The translations under genes and the position numbers were made by a program. The notes beneath the pieces are model-generated. The model had not been told where the DNA came from. It made no database searches and saw nothing but the letters and a program-made list of their open reading frames with translations. From Halomicrobium mukohataei DSM 12286 (GTDB lineage: Archaea > Halobacteriota > Halobacteria > Halobacteriales > Haloarculaceae), in contig NC_013202.1 of NCBI RefSeq assembly GCF_000023965.1, forward strand, positions 660,001-692,000: a stretch of DNA of 32,000 nucleotides, given 5' to 3'. Positions 8,274 to 16,705 of the stretch are shown here, piece after piece. Within the stretch, counting starts at the first letter, position 1; every line of letters begins with the position of its first letter.

Positions 8274-8510
8274 ATACTCTTTCTACCGGGATCGATCGTC
8301 CGACAGTACTTGCAGTAACAAGCATCCCATAGCGCGGCAGGTGTCTGTGTTCTCGTCGGCGCTGTCTGCACGCTGTCGGCTGGACGGACGTTCGAGTCGA
8401 AACGATGGGGCAACCGCTATTCGATCGAAAACGGAGAGAAACCGCGTTTTGCGGACGATCCGGGGGTCAGAGTACGGCCCTTGGGGTGATGTGTTGTTCT
8501 AGACCGAACT

Positions 8511-10202
8511 TCACATCATGCCGCCCATGCCGCCGCCCATGCCGCCCATGCCGCCGCCCATTCCGCCGGGCGCGCCGCCGGGGCCGCCGGGTGCGTCGTC
8601 CTCGTCGTCGTCGCTGCCGCCACCCTTGAGGTCGCCGGCAGCGATCACGTCGTCGATGCGCAGGATCATCACGGCCGCCTCGGTGGCGGACTCGATGGCC
8701 TGGGTCTTGACGCGGAGCGGCTCGACGACGCCGTCCTCGGTCATGTCGACGACTTCGCCGGTGTAGGCGTCGAGACCGGCGGTGTTGTCGCCGCCGTCGT
8801 GCTTGCTGCGCAGGTCGACCAGCGAGTCGATCGGGTCGAGACCCGCGTTCTCGGCGAGGGTGCGCGGGACGACATCGATGGCGTCGGCGAAGGCCTCGAC
8901 GGCCAGCTGCTCGCGGCCACCGACGGAGTCGGCGTGGTCGCGCAGACCGAGTGCGAGCTGTGTCTCGGGGGCACCGCCGCCGGGCAGGACCTTGCCGTCC
9001 TCGAGCGTGGCGGCGACGACGCCGAGCGAGTCCTCGATGGCGCGCTCGACCTCGTCGGCGACGTGTTCGGTGCCACCGCGGAGGATCATCGTGACGGACT
9101 TGGCCTCGTCGACGTCCTCGACGAAGATGCGCTCGTCGCCGGCAACGTCCTTCTGGGCGACCGAGCCGGCGAAGCCGAGGTCGTCCTCGGTCACGTCGGC
9201 GATGTTCGAGACGATGCGAGCGCCGGTCGAGCGCGAGAGGGCCTTGATGGTGGACTTCTTCGCACGGCGGACGGCGAGGATGCCCTCCTGTGCGAGGTAG
9301 TGCTGGGCCATGTCGTCGATGCCCTTCTGGGTCACGACGACATCGGCACCGGCCGCTTTGAGGTCATCGACCATCTCCTTGAGCTGCTCCTCTTCCTGGT
9401 CGAGGAACTGCTGGAGCTGGTCCGGGTCAGTGACGTTGACTTCGGTGTCGAGTTCGGTCTCGGGGACCTCGATCGCGGTGTCGAGCAGCGCGATGTTGGC
9501 GTCCTCGACGGCGTAGGGCATGTTGTCGTGGACGCGCTCCTTGTCGATGATGACGCCCTCGACGAGCTCTGACTCGTCGGTGGAGCCACCGACGACGACC
9601 TCGAGCTGGATGTTGTCGGTGTCGACCTCGCCGTCGTCGGCGACGGACTGTGCGGCGCGAACGACGAGTTCGGCGAGGACGTCCTTGGAGGATTCCGCGC
9701 CCTTGCCGGTCATCGCCGTCGCGGCGACCTTCTTGAGCATCTCGGTGTCCTCGGGGCCGACCTCGATGGCCTGCTCTTCGAGGATCTCCTTTGCCTTCTC
9801 GGCGGCCTGGCGGTACCCCTGTGCCAGGATGGAGGCGTGGATGTCCTGGTCGATGAGGTCCTCGGCTTCCGAGAGGAGTTCGCCGGAGATGACGACCGCG
9901 GTCGTCGTGCCGTCGCCGACCTCGTCTTCCTGGGTCTGGGCGACTTCGACGATCATGTTGGCCGCGGGGTGCTCGATGTCCATCTCGTCGAGGATGGTGA
10001 CACCGTCGTTGGTGACGACGACGCCGCCGGAGTCGTCGACGAGCATCTTGTCCATGCCCTTCGGGCCGAGTGTCGTCCGTACGGCCTCCGCGACGGCCTG
10101 TGCGGCCGTGATGTTCATCGACTGTGCGTCCTTTCCGGAGGTTCGCTGGGAGTCCTCTCCCAGCACGATCATGGGCTGACCCTGCATCTGGCGCTGACTC
10201 AT
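8511..10202 (-). CDS. thsA: thermosome subunit (group II chaperonin, CCT1/alpha-like)
   Basis: [23 protein letters not shown]...[15 protein letters not shown]...[37 protein letters not shown], plus a C-terminal [18 protein letters not shown] tail. Confidence 0.95.
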   Translation of the reverse strand: MSQRQMQGQPMIVLGEDSQRTSGKDAQSMNITAAQAVAEAVRTTLGPKGMDKMLVDDSGGVVVTNDGVTILDEMDIEHPAANMIVEVAQTQEDEVGDGTTTAVVISGELLSEAEDLIDQDIHASILAQGYRQAAEKAKEILEEQAIEVGPEDTEMLKKVAATAMTGKGAESSKDVLAELVVRAAQSVADDGEVDTDNIQLEVVVGGSTDESELVEGVIIDKERVHDNMPYAVEDANIALLDTAIEVPETELDTEVNVTDPDQLQQFLDQEEEQLKEMVDDLKAAGADVVVTQKGIDDMAQHYLAQEGILAVRRAKKSTIKALSRSTGARIVSNIADVTEDDLGFAGSVAQKDVAGDERIFVEDVDEAKSVTMILRGGTEHVADEVERAIEDSLGVVAATLEDGKVLPGGGAPETQLALGLRDHADSVGGREQLAVEAFADAIDVVPRTLAENAGLDPIDSLVDLRSKHDGGDNTAGLDAYTGEVVDMTEDGVVEPLRVKTQAIESATEAAVMILRIDDVIAAGDLKGGGSDDDEDDAPGGPGGAPGGMGGGMGGMGGGMGGMM

Positions 10203-10226
10203 ACGTCCGATTGATTGAATGTGCTT

Positions 10227-10236
10227 CTATATAAAG
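10227..10236 (-). promoter_or_regulatory. TATA box of the thermosome gene
   Basis: The reverse strand reads CTTTATATAG, 25-34 nt upstream of the ATG at 10202. Confidence 0.5.
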
Positions 10237-10397
10237 ATTGTGGACCCGGAAGCCAGACCGCCGGAAAGACAGCCCAGCCCGCATTTGACAAGGGTTGTCA
10301 CAGTGGTTTTAAATACGATATCGCGAGCGGCCACGAGCGCGCCTCGTGACGGCGCTGTGGCTGGGCTCAGTCGAGACCGACGGAAGCGGCGCGGGGG

Positions 10398-10946
10398 TCA
10401 CCCGTGGAACTGGTGGTAGTTCAGTCCCTTCTGTTTCATCTCGTTGTGCTTGCGTTCGAGGAAGGAGTAGACCGAGCCGTGGGGTGCGCCTTCGAGCAGC
10501 ATCTCGGCGGCCTCACGGACGGCATCGACCTGTTCCGGACCACCGATGATCCCCAGCGTCGAGCCGTAGATCACGACAGACGCACCCGTGAGTTCCTCCA
10601 TGAGCTCCCGGGTCCGACCGCCCTCGCCGATGAGGCGTCCCTTCTGTCGAGTGAAGTCGTTCTGGTTGCGAGAGGCGGCGTCGATGTCGACCACGTCGAA
10701 CATCATCATCTCGTCGTCCAGCAACGCGAGCGCGTCCTCCGGGTTGAAGCCGCGACCGATCGCCTTCACGATGTCGGGGCCTTTCAGTCCCGTGATCGGG
10801 TCGCCGACGGACTCGACACCCACCGAGCCGGATTCGGAGTCGATATCGAGGCGAACTTCGGCTCGGTCCTCGATCTCGCGCATGGTCTCACCCCCTTCGC
10901 CGATGAGTACGCCGATGCGGTCCTGCGGAATCTTCACGTGTTGCAT
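10398..10946 (-). CDS. KH domain RNA-binding protein (archaeal Dim2/Pno1-like)
   Basis: Two KH-like GxxG loops (IGVLIGEGGETMREIE and KGRLIGEGGRTRELMEE). Located immediately downstream of rio1 and aIF-1A, the conserved archaeal arrangement. Confidence 0.85.
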   Translation of the reverse strand: MQHVKIPQDRIGVLIGEGGETMREIEDRAEVRLDIDSESGSVGVESVGDPITGLKGPDIVKAIGRGFNPEDALALLDDEMMMFDVVDIDAASRNQNDFTRQKGRLIGEGGRTRELMEELTGASVVIYGSTLGIIGGPEQVDAVREAAEMLLEGAPHGSVYSFLERKHNEMKQKGLNYHQFHG

Positions 10947-11001
10947 AATATGTTGCGAGCTACTGTATCCGGACAGTTAAGCGTTCGTCTGTGGCCGTCA
11001 G

Positions 11002-11922
11002 CTACCCGTCGGCTGCCTCGTCGGCCCGCGTGACCGTTGCGAGCAGGTCCTCGGCGGTCACGTCCACGCCCTGTCGTGCGAAGAAGTTCGCGACGTTCTC
11101 ACAGTCCCGTTCGAGGTAGTCTCGCGCATTGCCGTGGTGGACCGTCACGGCCTGGCCCAGGTCGATGACGACGAGCTGGCCCTCGTGGAACACGATGTTG
11201 TACTCCGAGAGGTCGCCGTGGACGAGTCCCGCGTCGTAGAGGCGGCGCATGTACTCCCTGACGACCTCGAAGGCCGTCTCGGGGTTCTCGATGTGGACTT
11301 CGTTGAGCCGCTTGGCACGGCCGTCCTCGGTCGCGATGTACTCCATGACGAGAACGTTGCGCTGGACGGCGATCGGATTCGGCACGCGGACGCCCGCTTT
11401 CTGGGCCCGCTGGAGGTTGGCGAACTCCTTGCGAACCCACGCGGTGACGACCTTCTTCTTGTCCGAGCCGATTCCCTCGAAGCGCGGGTCACCGTCGAGA
11501 TACCCCCGCATGTCGCGGAAGTCCGAGGCGTTGATCCGGTAGACCTTGACCGCGACCTCCTCGTCCCGTGGCTCTCCGTCGCCGCCCGACTGTCCCGAGG
11601 CGCTGCGCGCCTCGCTGTCGCCGGCCAGTGCGGTGTAGACGTTCGCCTCCTTGCCCGTCGAGATGGGACCGCCGAAGGCGTCGATGTGTCCGTCCTGAAC
11701 CAGTTTGTACAGCGCGCCGTACGTGGCGTCGTCGAACACCGACGCCGTCACTTTGAACTGCTCGGTGTTCTTGATCCGCTTGCGAAACTCGCTGAACTCG
11801 CGGTCGCGCGTCCGCGCGATCTCGTCTGCCTCGGTGTCAGAAACGTCGATCGACTCCCACTCGTCACCGACGCCGTCGGCCTCCTCGGTGTCGACGAGCC
11901 CGAAGTCGCCGTCGTCGCTCAT
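11002..11922 (-). CDS. rio1: RIO1-type serine protein kinase
   Basis: GPISTGKEANVYTA (P-loop-like), VAVKVYR, LVMEYI, LVHGDLSEYNIV (catalytic loop) and VIDLGQAV (metal-binding loop). Confidence 0.9.
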   Translation of the reverse strand: MSDDGDFGLVDTEEADGVGDEWESIDVSDTEADEIARTRDREFSEFRKRIKNTEQFKVTASVFDDATYGALYKLVQDGHIDAFGGPISTGKEANVYTALAGDSEARSASGQSGGDGEPRDEEVAVKVYRINASDFRDMRGYLDGDPRFEGIGSDKKKVVTAWVRKEFANLQRAQKAGVRVPNPIAVQRNVLVMEYIATEDGRAKRLNEVHIENPETAFEVVREYMRRLYDAGLVHGDLSEYNIVFHEGQLVVIDLGQAVTVHHGNARDYLERDCENVANFFARQGVDVTAEDLLATVTRADEAADG

Positions 11923-11967
11923 CGGTCGCCCCCGAACGGTGGCGGCGTCATGTGTGCGTGGCCATCG

Positions 11968-12255
11968 TTACTCCTGGATGTGGCCCTCTTCTTTGAGCTG
12001 GTCGGCCTCCTGCTTGTCGTAGCGCCAGGTGATGTCGGCCTTCTCGTCTTGCCAGTCCCACGGTTCGACGAGGACAACGTCGTCTTCGCGGATCCAGATG
12101 CGCTTTTGCATCTTCCCGGGGATGCGAGCGGTGCGTTCGACGCCGTCCATACAGCGTACTTTGACGCGGTTGGCTCCGAGCATGTTCGTGACGATGGCGA
12201 ACACCTCGTCGTCTTCGGGCATCCGGAGGTTCTTGCGGCCTTCGTTGTCGCTCAT
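11968..12255 (-). CDS. eif1a: translation initiation factor aIF-1A
   Basis: Trimmed to the internal ATG at 12255: [79 protein letters not shown] (S1-like OB fold of IF1A). Confidence 0.9.
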   Translation of the reverse strand: MSDNEGRKNLRMPEDDEVFAIVTNMLGANRVKVRCMDGVERTARIPGKMQKRIWIREDDVVLVEPWDWQDEKADITWRYDKQEADQLKEEGHIQE

Positions 12256-12362
12256 ACGCCACCTTTTGATGGCGAACGGTTTAAGGCTTGTACGGTTTTG
12301 ACCGAATCGACTCGTCCAGCGAGTGGCAACGCCCAAGTTCCCCTTGGGCCTACGACCGGGCG

Positions 12363-12773
12363 ATGAGTACGACGCTGCCCGAGGAAGCCGACGAGTGGGT
12401 CGCCGAGTGGCACGGTGCGCTGGCCGACCGGCCGGCCTTCGCCGAGGCGGCCGCCGACTTCGCCGCGACCTTCCGCTTCGAGATCACGCCGGACGACGCG
12501 TACGACGGCGATCCGATCGTCGTCCGACTGGTCGTCGACGACGGGGCGTGTCCCGTCGCCGAACTCGCAACGGAGTTCGACTACGACTTCGCGCTCCGTG
12601 GTCCCTACGAGGCCTGGAAGGCGATGTTGCGGGGCGAACTCGACGCGGCCGAGGCCGTCATGGACGGCCCCTTCAGAGTCGAGGGGAACACGATCGAGTT
12701 GCTCCAGCATCAAGAGGCCGTCGCGGAGCTCGTGCGGGCAGCCCGAGACGTGGACACGACGTTCGCGCACTGA
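12363..12773 (+). CDS. SCP2 sterol-binding domain-containing protein
   Basis: Trimmed to the ATG at 12363 ([12 protein letters not shown]...). The C-terminal ..[33 protein letters not shown] resembles the SCP2 fold signature. Confidence 0.7.
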   Translation: MSTTLPEEADEWVAEWHGALADRPAFAEAAADFAATFRFEITPDDAYDGDPIVVRLVVDDGACPVAELATEFDYDFALRGPYEAWKAMLRGELDAAEAVMDGPFRVEGNTIELLQHQEAVAELVRAARDVDTTFAH

Positions 12774-12947
12774 GAGTCGTCGTTTCGCTCGCTCGATCGG
12801 CTATGTTCAAATAAGTGGCCACAGGACAGGCGTACAGGCAGGGGAACACTCGCTTTGCTCATCTCTCGACACTGCTTCGCTGACCGCAGTATCTTGTTGG
12901 ACCACCGCAACGACGACGACAGCACTACGAACGCATCCTGGCTGTTA

Positions 12948-13130
12948 TCACAGATACTGATATATCCCCCAGAATAATAGAGCGACTCCCAAGAAAAAGA
13001 ACGCTGCCGTTGGAATATCGTACGTGATTATATCTAGCAACCGCAAAACACCGTACGCGAGTAAGAGTACACCAAAAACAAAGACAGAGATCGTCACCAG
13101 GCTAGTCTTTTTATCTGAATTTTGAGTCAT
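12948..13130 (-). CDS. hypothetical small two-TM membrane protein (60 aa)
   Basis: MTQNSDKKTSLVTISVFVFGVLLLAYGVLRLLDIITYDIPTAAFFFLGVALLFWGIYQYL has two clear hydrophobic helices. It has its own TATA at the right distance. Short, so coding status is unproven. Confidence 0.45.
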   Translation of the reverse strand: MTQNSDKKTSLVTISVFVFGVLLLAYGVLRLLDIITYDIPTAAFFFLGVALLFWGIYQYL

Positions 13131-13152
13131 TAATTAGTGAATTTCAGTAGAT

Positions 13153-13163
13153 CTACATAAAGG
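13153..13163 (-). promoter_or_regulatory. TATA box for the 60-aa membrane ORF
   Basis: The reverse strand reads CCTTTATGTAG, centred about 28 nt upstream of the ATG at 13130. Confidence 0.4.
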
Positions 13164-13346
13164 TCCCGCTTTATTTTTCATCCCGTGCACAGAAAGCCCG
13201 GTTCTATTCGAAGGTGGATGCTGTAAGTTGGGCGGCGATGCCCTCTGTAGCGTTGCTGGAACAGTTCGGAATGAAACAGTCCGTCTGTCTACTTCACGAA
13301 CGACAGGGTGAATACGACCCACTCTCTGCGCCTTCGCGTCTAAAGG

Positions 13347-14120
13347 TTACTCTGACTGTGAGTGGACCGTCGGCGTTGCTGTAATAGGTGCAGCAATGAC
13401 AGCAGGGGTGATCCGCGACTTCACAACGACTCCGCAACCGTTATTCTGCAAATTAATAGTTCCAATATATATTGCGACTATCCCGCCAAGAGCGACGGTA
13501 AGCGGGTTGGACATCGAGCCAATCACACCTGCACTTTTCAGGGTTGCAGCAACGACTGCTGCCGAACCACTCCCGATCGACCCGAGAGCATTGAGATCGT
13601 CGATAGTGGAATCACTCATGTACAGTTCGACATCCTTTCGAGTTCCGCCCCACTTCGTGTCGACGTTCGAGTCGTCTCTATTACATCCCAGAGCGGTGAT
13701 CTCCGATGTCTCACCCAGATCTGCCGACTCAAGAGAGGTTGTAGAGGGGCTCTCGACGGAGTCTACCGCTTTAGCTATTTCCGACGGCTCAGAATGGACC
13801 TCAAAATCACCTCCTTGGTCTGCCGAGTCGGCCGTGAGAGTTTCCTGTTCGCTTGTCGTGAAGGTTATGTGTCCTGCTTCGATCGCCAAATTAAAGCTCT
13901 TGACAACGTGTGTGAACTGTTTGTGTAGTTCACGCCCGATATCTTCAGGCTCGGCGTCGAGTACAACTTTCCCATCTTCGATCACGATCCAGTCGATTGC
14001 GGGATCTTCTGTGGTAGTCGATGTGGACTCTGCTCCCCCAAGACCACTGCTAACTATTCCGCCAAGCGTTGAACCGGTGAGAGCCATCATAGCCCGCCGA
14101 TTGAGATGTCTTTTTGACAT
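13347..14120 (-). CDS. Tat-signal precursor protein with acidic pro-region and Gly-rich hydrophobic C-terminus (function unknown)
   Basis: MSKRHLNRRAMMALTGSTLGGIVSSGLGGA has a twin-arginine motif and an h-region. The middle is acidic and Ser/Thr-rich. The C-terminal part is ..ALGCNRDD..LNALGSIGSGSAAVVAATLKSAGVIGSMSNPLTVALGGIVAIYIGTINLQNNGCGVVV... The track start is 14129 (MEVM..). The ATG at 14120 fits the TATA spacing better. Confidence 0.65.
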   Translation of the reverse strand: MSKRHLNRRAMMALTGSTLGGIVSSGLGGAESTSTTTEDPAIDWIVIEDGKVVLDAEPEDIGRELHKQFTHVVKSFNLAIEAGHITFTTSEQETLTADSADQGGDFEVHSEPSEIAKAVDSVESPSTTSLESADLGETSEITALGCNRDDSNVDTKWGGTRKDVELYMSDSTIDDLNALGSIGSGSAAVVAATLKSAGVIGSMSNPLTVALGGIVAIYIGTINLQNNGCGVVVKSRITPAVIAAPITATPTVHSQSE

Positions 14121-14140
14121 CACTTCCATTCAAAATCAAT

Positions 14141-14152
14141 AGATTAAAATAG
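14141..14152 (-). promoter_or_regulatory. TATA box for the Tat-precursor gene
   Basis: The reverse strand reads CTATTTTAATCT, centred about 26 nt upstream of the ATG at 14120. Confidence 0.45.
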
Positions 14153-14364
14153 TTTTTGGTTTTTACTTTTTGAGATATGATTATAGAACAGATATAGGAG
14201 TGAAGTAGCCTCTCAGTGGTCCGCCAGTATCTTGCTCTGGTCAATTGCAGACACAGAAAGAAATCGGAGACTGCTCTTCGAAAACGGGTTCGAATCAGAT
14301 CGAAGAGACGCAGCTGTCGCCGCGGACCACAGCCCTTACCTCCCTCCCTCGCACCAGTCGGAGT

Positions 14365-14565
14365 ATGTTCGACAAACTCGGGATCGCCGGTCTCCTCGGC
14401 GTGGTCGTCATGCTTGGCGGCATCGCGCTGGTCGCGTGGCAGGCACCTATCGTCGCCGCCGGCATCGCCTTCGTCGTCGCCGGCCTCGGACTGATCGTCT
14501 ACGGGATGGTCACGAACCTGATGAGCGCCTTCGGCCTCGGCGGCGGCATGGGCGGGATGCCCTAG
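14365..14565 (+). CDS. hypothetical small membrane protein (66 aa, 2 TM, Gly/Met tail)
   Basis: Trimmed to the ATG at 14365: MFDKLGIAGLLGVVVMLGGIALVAWQAPIVAAGIAFVVAGLGLIVYGMVTNLMSAFGLGGGMGGMP. GC3-rich codons. Confidence 0.55.
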   Translation: MFDKLGIAGLLGVVVMLGGIALVAWQAPIVAAGIAFVVAGLGLIVYGMVTNLMSAFGLGGGMGGMP

Positions 14566-16538
14566 CTCTCGGGCCGGTCGGCGCGGTGCTCGCTGATGAT
14601 CTGGTCGACCATCTCCGCGTTTTGCTCCCGTTTCCGTTCCTCGGCGCGCTCCTCCCAGTCCTCGATGGCAGCCTCGACCTCGTGGTCGCGAGCCACCGCG
14701 AGTTCGTCGACCTCCTGGACGGTCACCATCTCCGCGGGCGCGACGGGAATCCCGTGGTCGAAGAGAATCTCGTCGGCCACATCTGAAAGGCCGCCGTTTC
14801 GCAGGACGATCCGCGGGTTCACGTCCGCGAGGCGCTGGGCAGTCGAGCGGCCCGCGCCCGAGGCGTCCCGCAGCAGGATCACGTCGTCCTCGACGAGACC
14901 GACCGCCTCGTCGGCGCTCTCGATGGCACCGGAGGTGAACTGTTCGATCACTTTCACCGACACCAGTCCCTCCTGTTTCTCCGACACGTCCGCGAAGTTC
15001 GAGTGATCGAGCTTCCACAGCCCCTTGAGCCGTTCGAGCTTCGCTTCGAGGGCCTCGCGGTCCTCGCGTTCGGCTTCGAGTTCGCGTTCGAGACGCTCGT
15101 TTTCCCGCTGGAGGCGCGTGACCTCGCGGTCCTTGCGCACTTCGCGGCGTTCCTCGCTGCGGGCCTGTGAGAGTTCCCGCTCTTTCTCCGCGAGCCGGTC
15201 GTCTTTCTGCTGGATCGTCGCCTCCAGATCGTCGACGTGGCCCTCCAGGCGCTCGACGCGGGCTCGCAGCCGTTTGATCTCCTTCTCCTCTTCGGTGAGT
15301 TCGCGGGGCGTGTGTTCGGTCTGTTCGTCGCCGTCGTCACCGTCGTCTGAGAGATCGTCGAGGACGCTCTCGACGGACTCCTCGCCAGCGACGACACGGG
15401 CGGTCACCTCGCCCACGTCCTCGCGGGGCGGGACCTTCTCGGCGATGCGCTCGAACTGGTCGGCGTGGTCGTCGTAGGCCCCCAGCGCTGCCGCCATCGC
15501 GTCGCGCTCGTGGTCGTTGTCGTACCCCTCCTCGCGAGTGCGGTGTTGTTTCACGTCGATCGCGAGGTCGCTGTCTGGCGTCCACCCCGCAGCGCTGAAC
15601 GAGCGGCGCAGCTTCTCGACGGTCTCCGGCATCGGCGTCACGTCCGCCGCGACGACGATGGGCCGGCCCCGCTCGACGATCCACTCGGTGACGCCCGCGG
15701 CGTCGACGGTCCGCGAGGAGTACACGTCCAGGACCTCGCCGTCGAGCCCCACGATCGCGACGGCCGTCGTCGTCCCGGGATCGACGCCGACGACGACGTG
15801 GTCGCGCCGCTTGGCCAGCGGTCGGAACTCGATCCCGTCGCGGCGCTCGCGCTCGATCTCGACGCGCACGTCGCCCGAGCGCATCCGCGAGACGGGGATG
15901 TCCTGGGGCCGGGCAGAGACCGTAAAGAGCGCCTGCGAGAAGCCGCCGTACTTCTCGGTGACCTCGCGCTCGTAGTCGAGGCCGGCGTCGTCCAGTTCCG
16001 ACTCGACCGAGCGAGCGCGCTGCTTGACCGAGCCGTGGATCCGGCGAGTGTAGCGGTCCTCGGACCAGCCGCCACCGCCGCCCGTCGAGCGACCGCGAGC
16101 GACCTTCACCTCGGTCGTGTCGGTGAAGGCCGACACCTCCTGCCCGACGTTGGCCGCGGCGAGCCGTGCGGCCGCTTCCGCCTCTTTCATCGGCTCCTTG
16201 CCGTAGGGGACTCCGTGACGAGAGGCCACCCGAGAGAGGGGTTCGGGCTGCTCGGCACCGGTCACCTGGACGAGCTTGGTCTCGTCGGGGAGGCTGCCCA
16301 GGAAGTGGACGAGCGCGTCCTTGTCCGCCGCGAGTTCGTACATGTTGTCCGTCGCGACGATCGACGGCTCCACGTCGTCGATCAGCCGCCGGAGCTTGCG
16401 CAGGCTCACCACGTCGCGCTCGATCTCCTCGCCGTCGAACACGACCAGCGCGTAGGAGGGTGCGTCCCCGCGCACGTCGCCACTCTGGATGTCGACACCG
16501 AAGACAACCGCGTCGAGCGCCCCGGTACGCGTGTTCAC
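14562..16538 (-). CDS. DUF460 / COG2433 protein (predicted RNase H-fold nuclease with coiled coil)
   Basis: 658 aa. HVVVGVDPGTTTAVAIVGLDGEVL and ..DHERDAMAAALGAY resemble RuvC/YqgF-type motifs. A long E/R-rich coiled coil (EEEKEIKRLRARVERLEGHVDDLEATIQQKDDRLAEKERELSQ...) is followed by a C-terminal globular part. This matches the archaeal DUF460 architecture as I recall it. Confidence 0.8.
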   Translation of the reverse strand: MNTRTGALDAVVFGVDIQSGDVRGDAPSYALVVFDGEEIERDVVSLRKLRRLIDDVEPSIVATDNMYELAADKDALVHFLGSLPDETKLVQVTGAEQPEPLSRVASRHGVPYGKEPMKEAEAAARLAAANVGQEVSAFTDTTEVKVARGRSTGGGGGWSEDRYTRRIHGSVKQRARSVESELDDAGLDYEREVTEKYGGFSQALFTVSARPQDIPVSRMRSGDVRVEIERERRDGIEFRPLAKRRDHVVVGVDPGTTTAVAIVGLDGEVLDVYSSRTVDAAGVTEWIVERGRPIVVAADVTPMPETVEKLRRSFSAAGWTPDSDLAIDVKQHRTREEGYDNDHERDAMAAALGAYDDHADQFERIAEKVPPREDVGEVTARVVAGEESVESVLDDLSDDGDDGDEQTEHTPRELTEEEKEIKRLRARVERLEGHVDDLEATIQQKDDRLAEKERELSQARSEERREVRKDREVTRLQRENERLERELEAEREDREALEAKLERLKGLWKLDHSNFADVSEKQEGLVSVKVIEQFTSGAIESADEAVGLVEDDVILLRDASGAGRSTAQRLADVNPRIVLRNGGLSDVADEILFDHGIPVAPAEMVTVQEVDELAVARDHEVEAAIEDWEERAEERKREQNAEMVDQIISEHRADRPES

Positions 16539-16705
16539 GGCCGTGCGTTAGTGACCTGTGACTATAATCCCCACGCCGGCTAGGAAGAGTGATTTGGAAG
16601 ACCGACTCGACTACGGACCACACCGCGAAAGACCCCGGCCGAGGGCTTTCGAGGAGGTGACCACGGTCGCCGCAGTAGCGGTCACAGAACCGAGAGCAGC
16701 CGTCC

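Larger units (their letters stand above)
7490..8290. other. AT-rich islet 1 (compositionally foreign segment)
   Basis: Hand counts: 7561-7620 has 22/60 G+C and 7621-7680 has 16/60, against 45/60 at 9001-9060. Boundaries are by eye. Confidence 0.6.
12905..14220. other. AT-rich islet 2
   Basis: Hand counts: 13021-13080 has 25/60 G+C, 14101-14160 has 16/60, and the coding part 13561-13620 has 33/60. Flanking core genes are about 70% or higher. Confidence 0.6.

Noticed and set aside
7461-8331. Possible direct repeats flanking islet 1 (tcccata at 7461-7467 and 8325-8331).
   Set aside because: Only a 7-mer is shared with loose flanking similarity. That is expected by chance between two 100-nt windows.
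8514-8570. Short tandem repeat catgccgcc(c) at the thermosome 3' end.
   Set aside because: It simply encodes the well-known GGM-repeat C-terminal tail of group II chaperonins. It is not an independent element.
10306-10348. TTTAAATA box (10306-10315) and a small dyad cacgag-cgcgc-ctcgtg (10332-10348) between the KH gene end and the thermosome promoter.
   Set aside because: No ORF or recognisable RNA gene is associated with them. They could be an alternative thermosome promoter or a KH-operon terminator, but the stem is only 6 bp. Evidence is insufficient.
13396-14142. 248-aa plus-strand ORF antisense to the Tat-precursor gene.
   Set aside because: It has no signal, is Ser/Pro-rich and non-acidic, and has no promoter element. 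The minus-strand product has a clean Tat leader, halophile-like acidity and a correctly spaced TATA box.
16657-16685. Hairpin gtgacc...ggtcac just downstream of the MATE stop, considered as a terminator.
   Set aside because: The stem is only 6 bp, the loop is 17 nt, and no T tract follows. That is not distinguishable from chance in GC-rich DNA.
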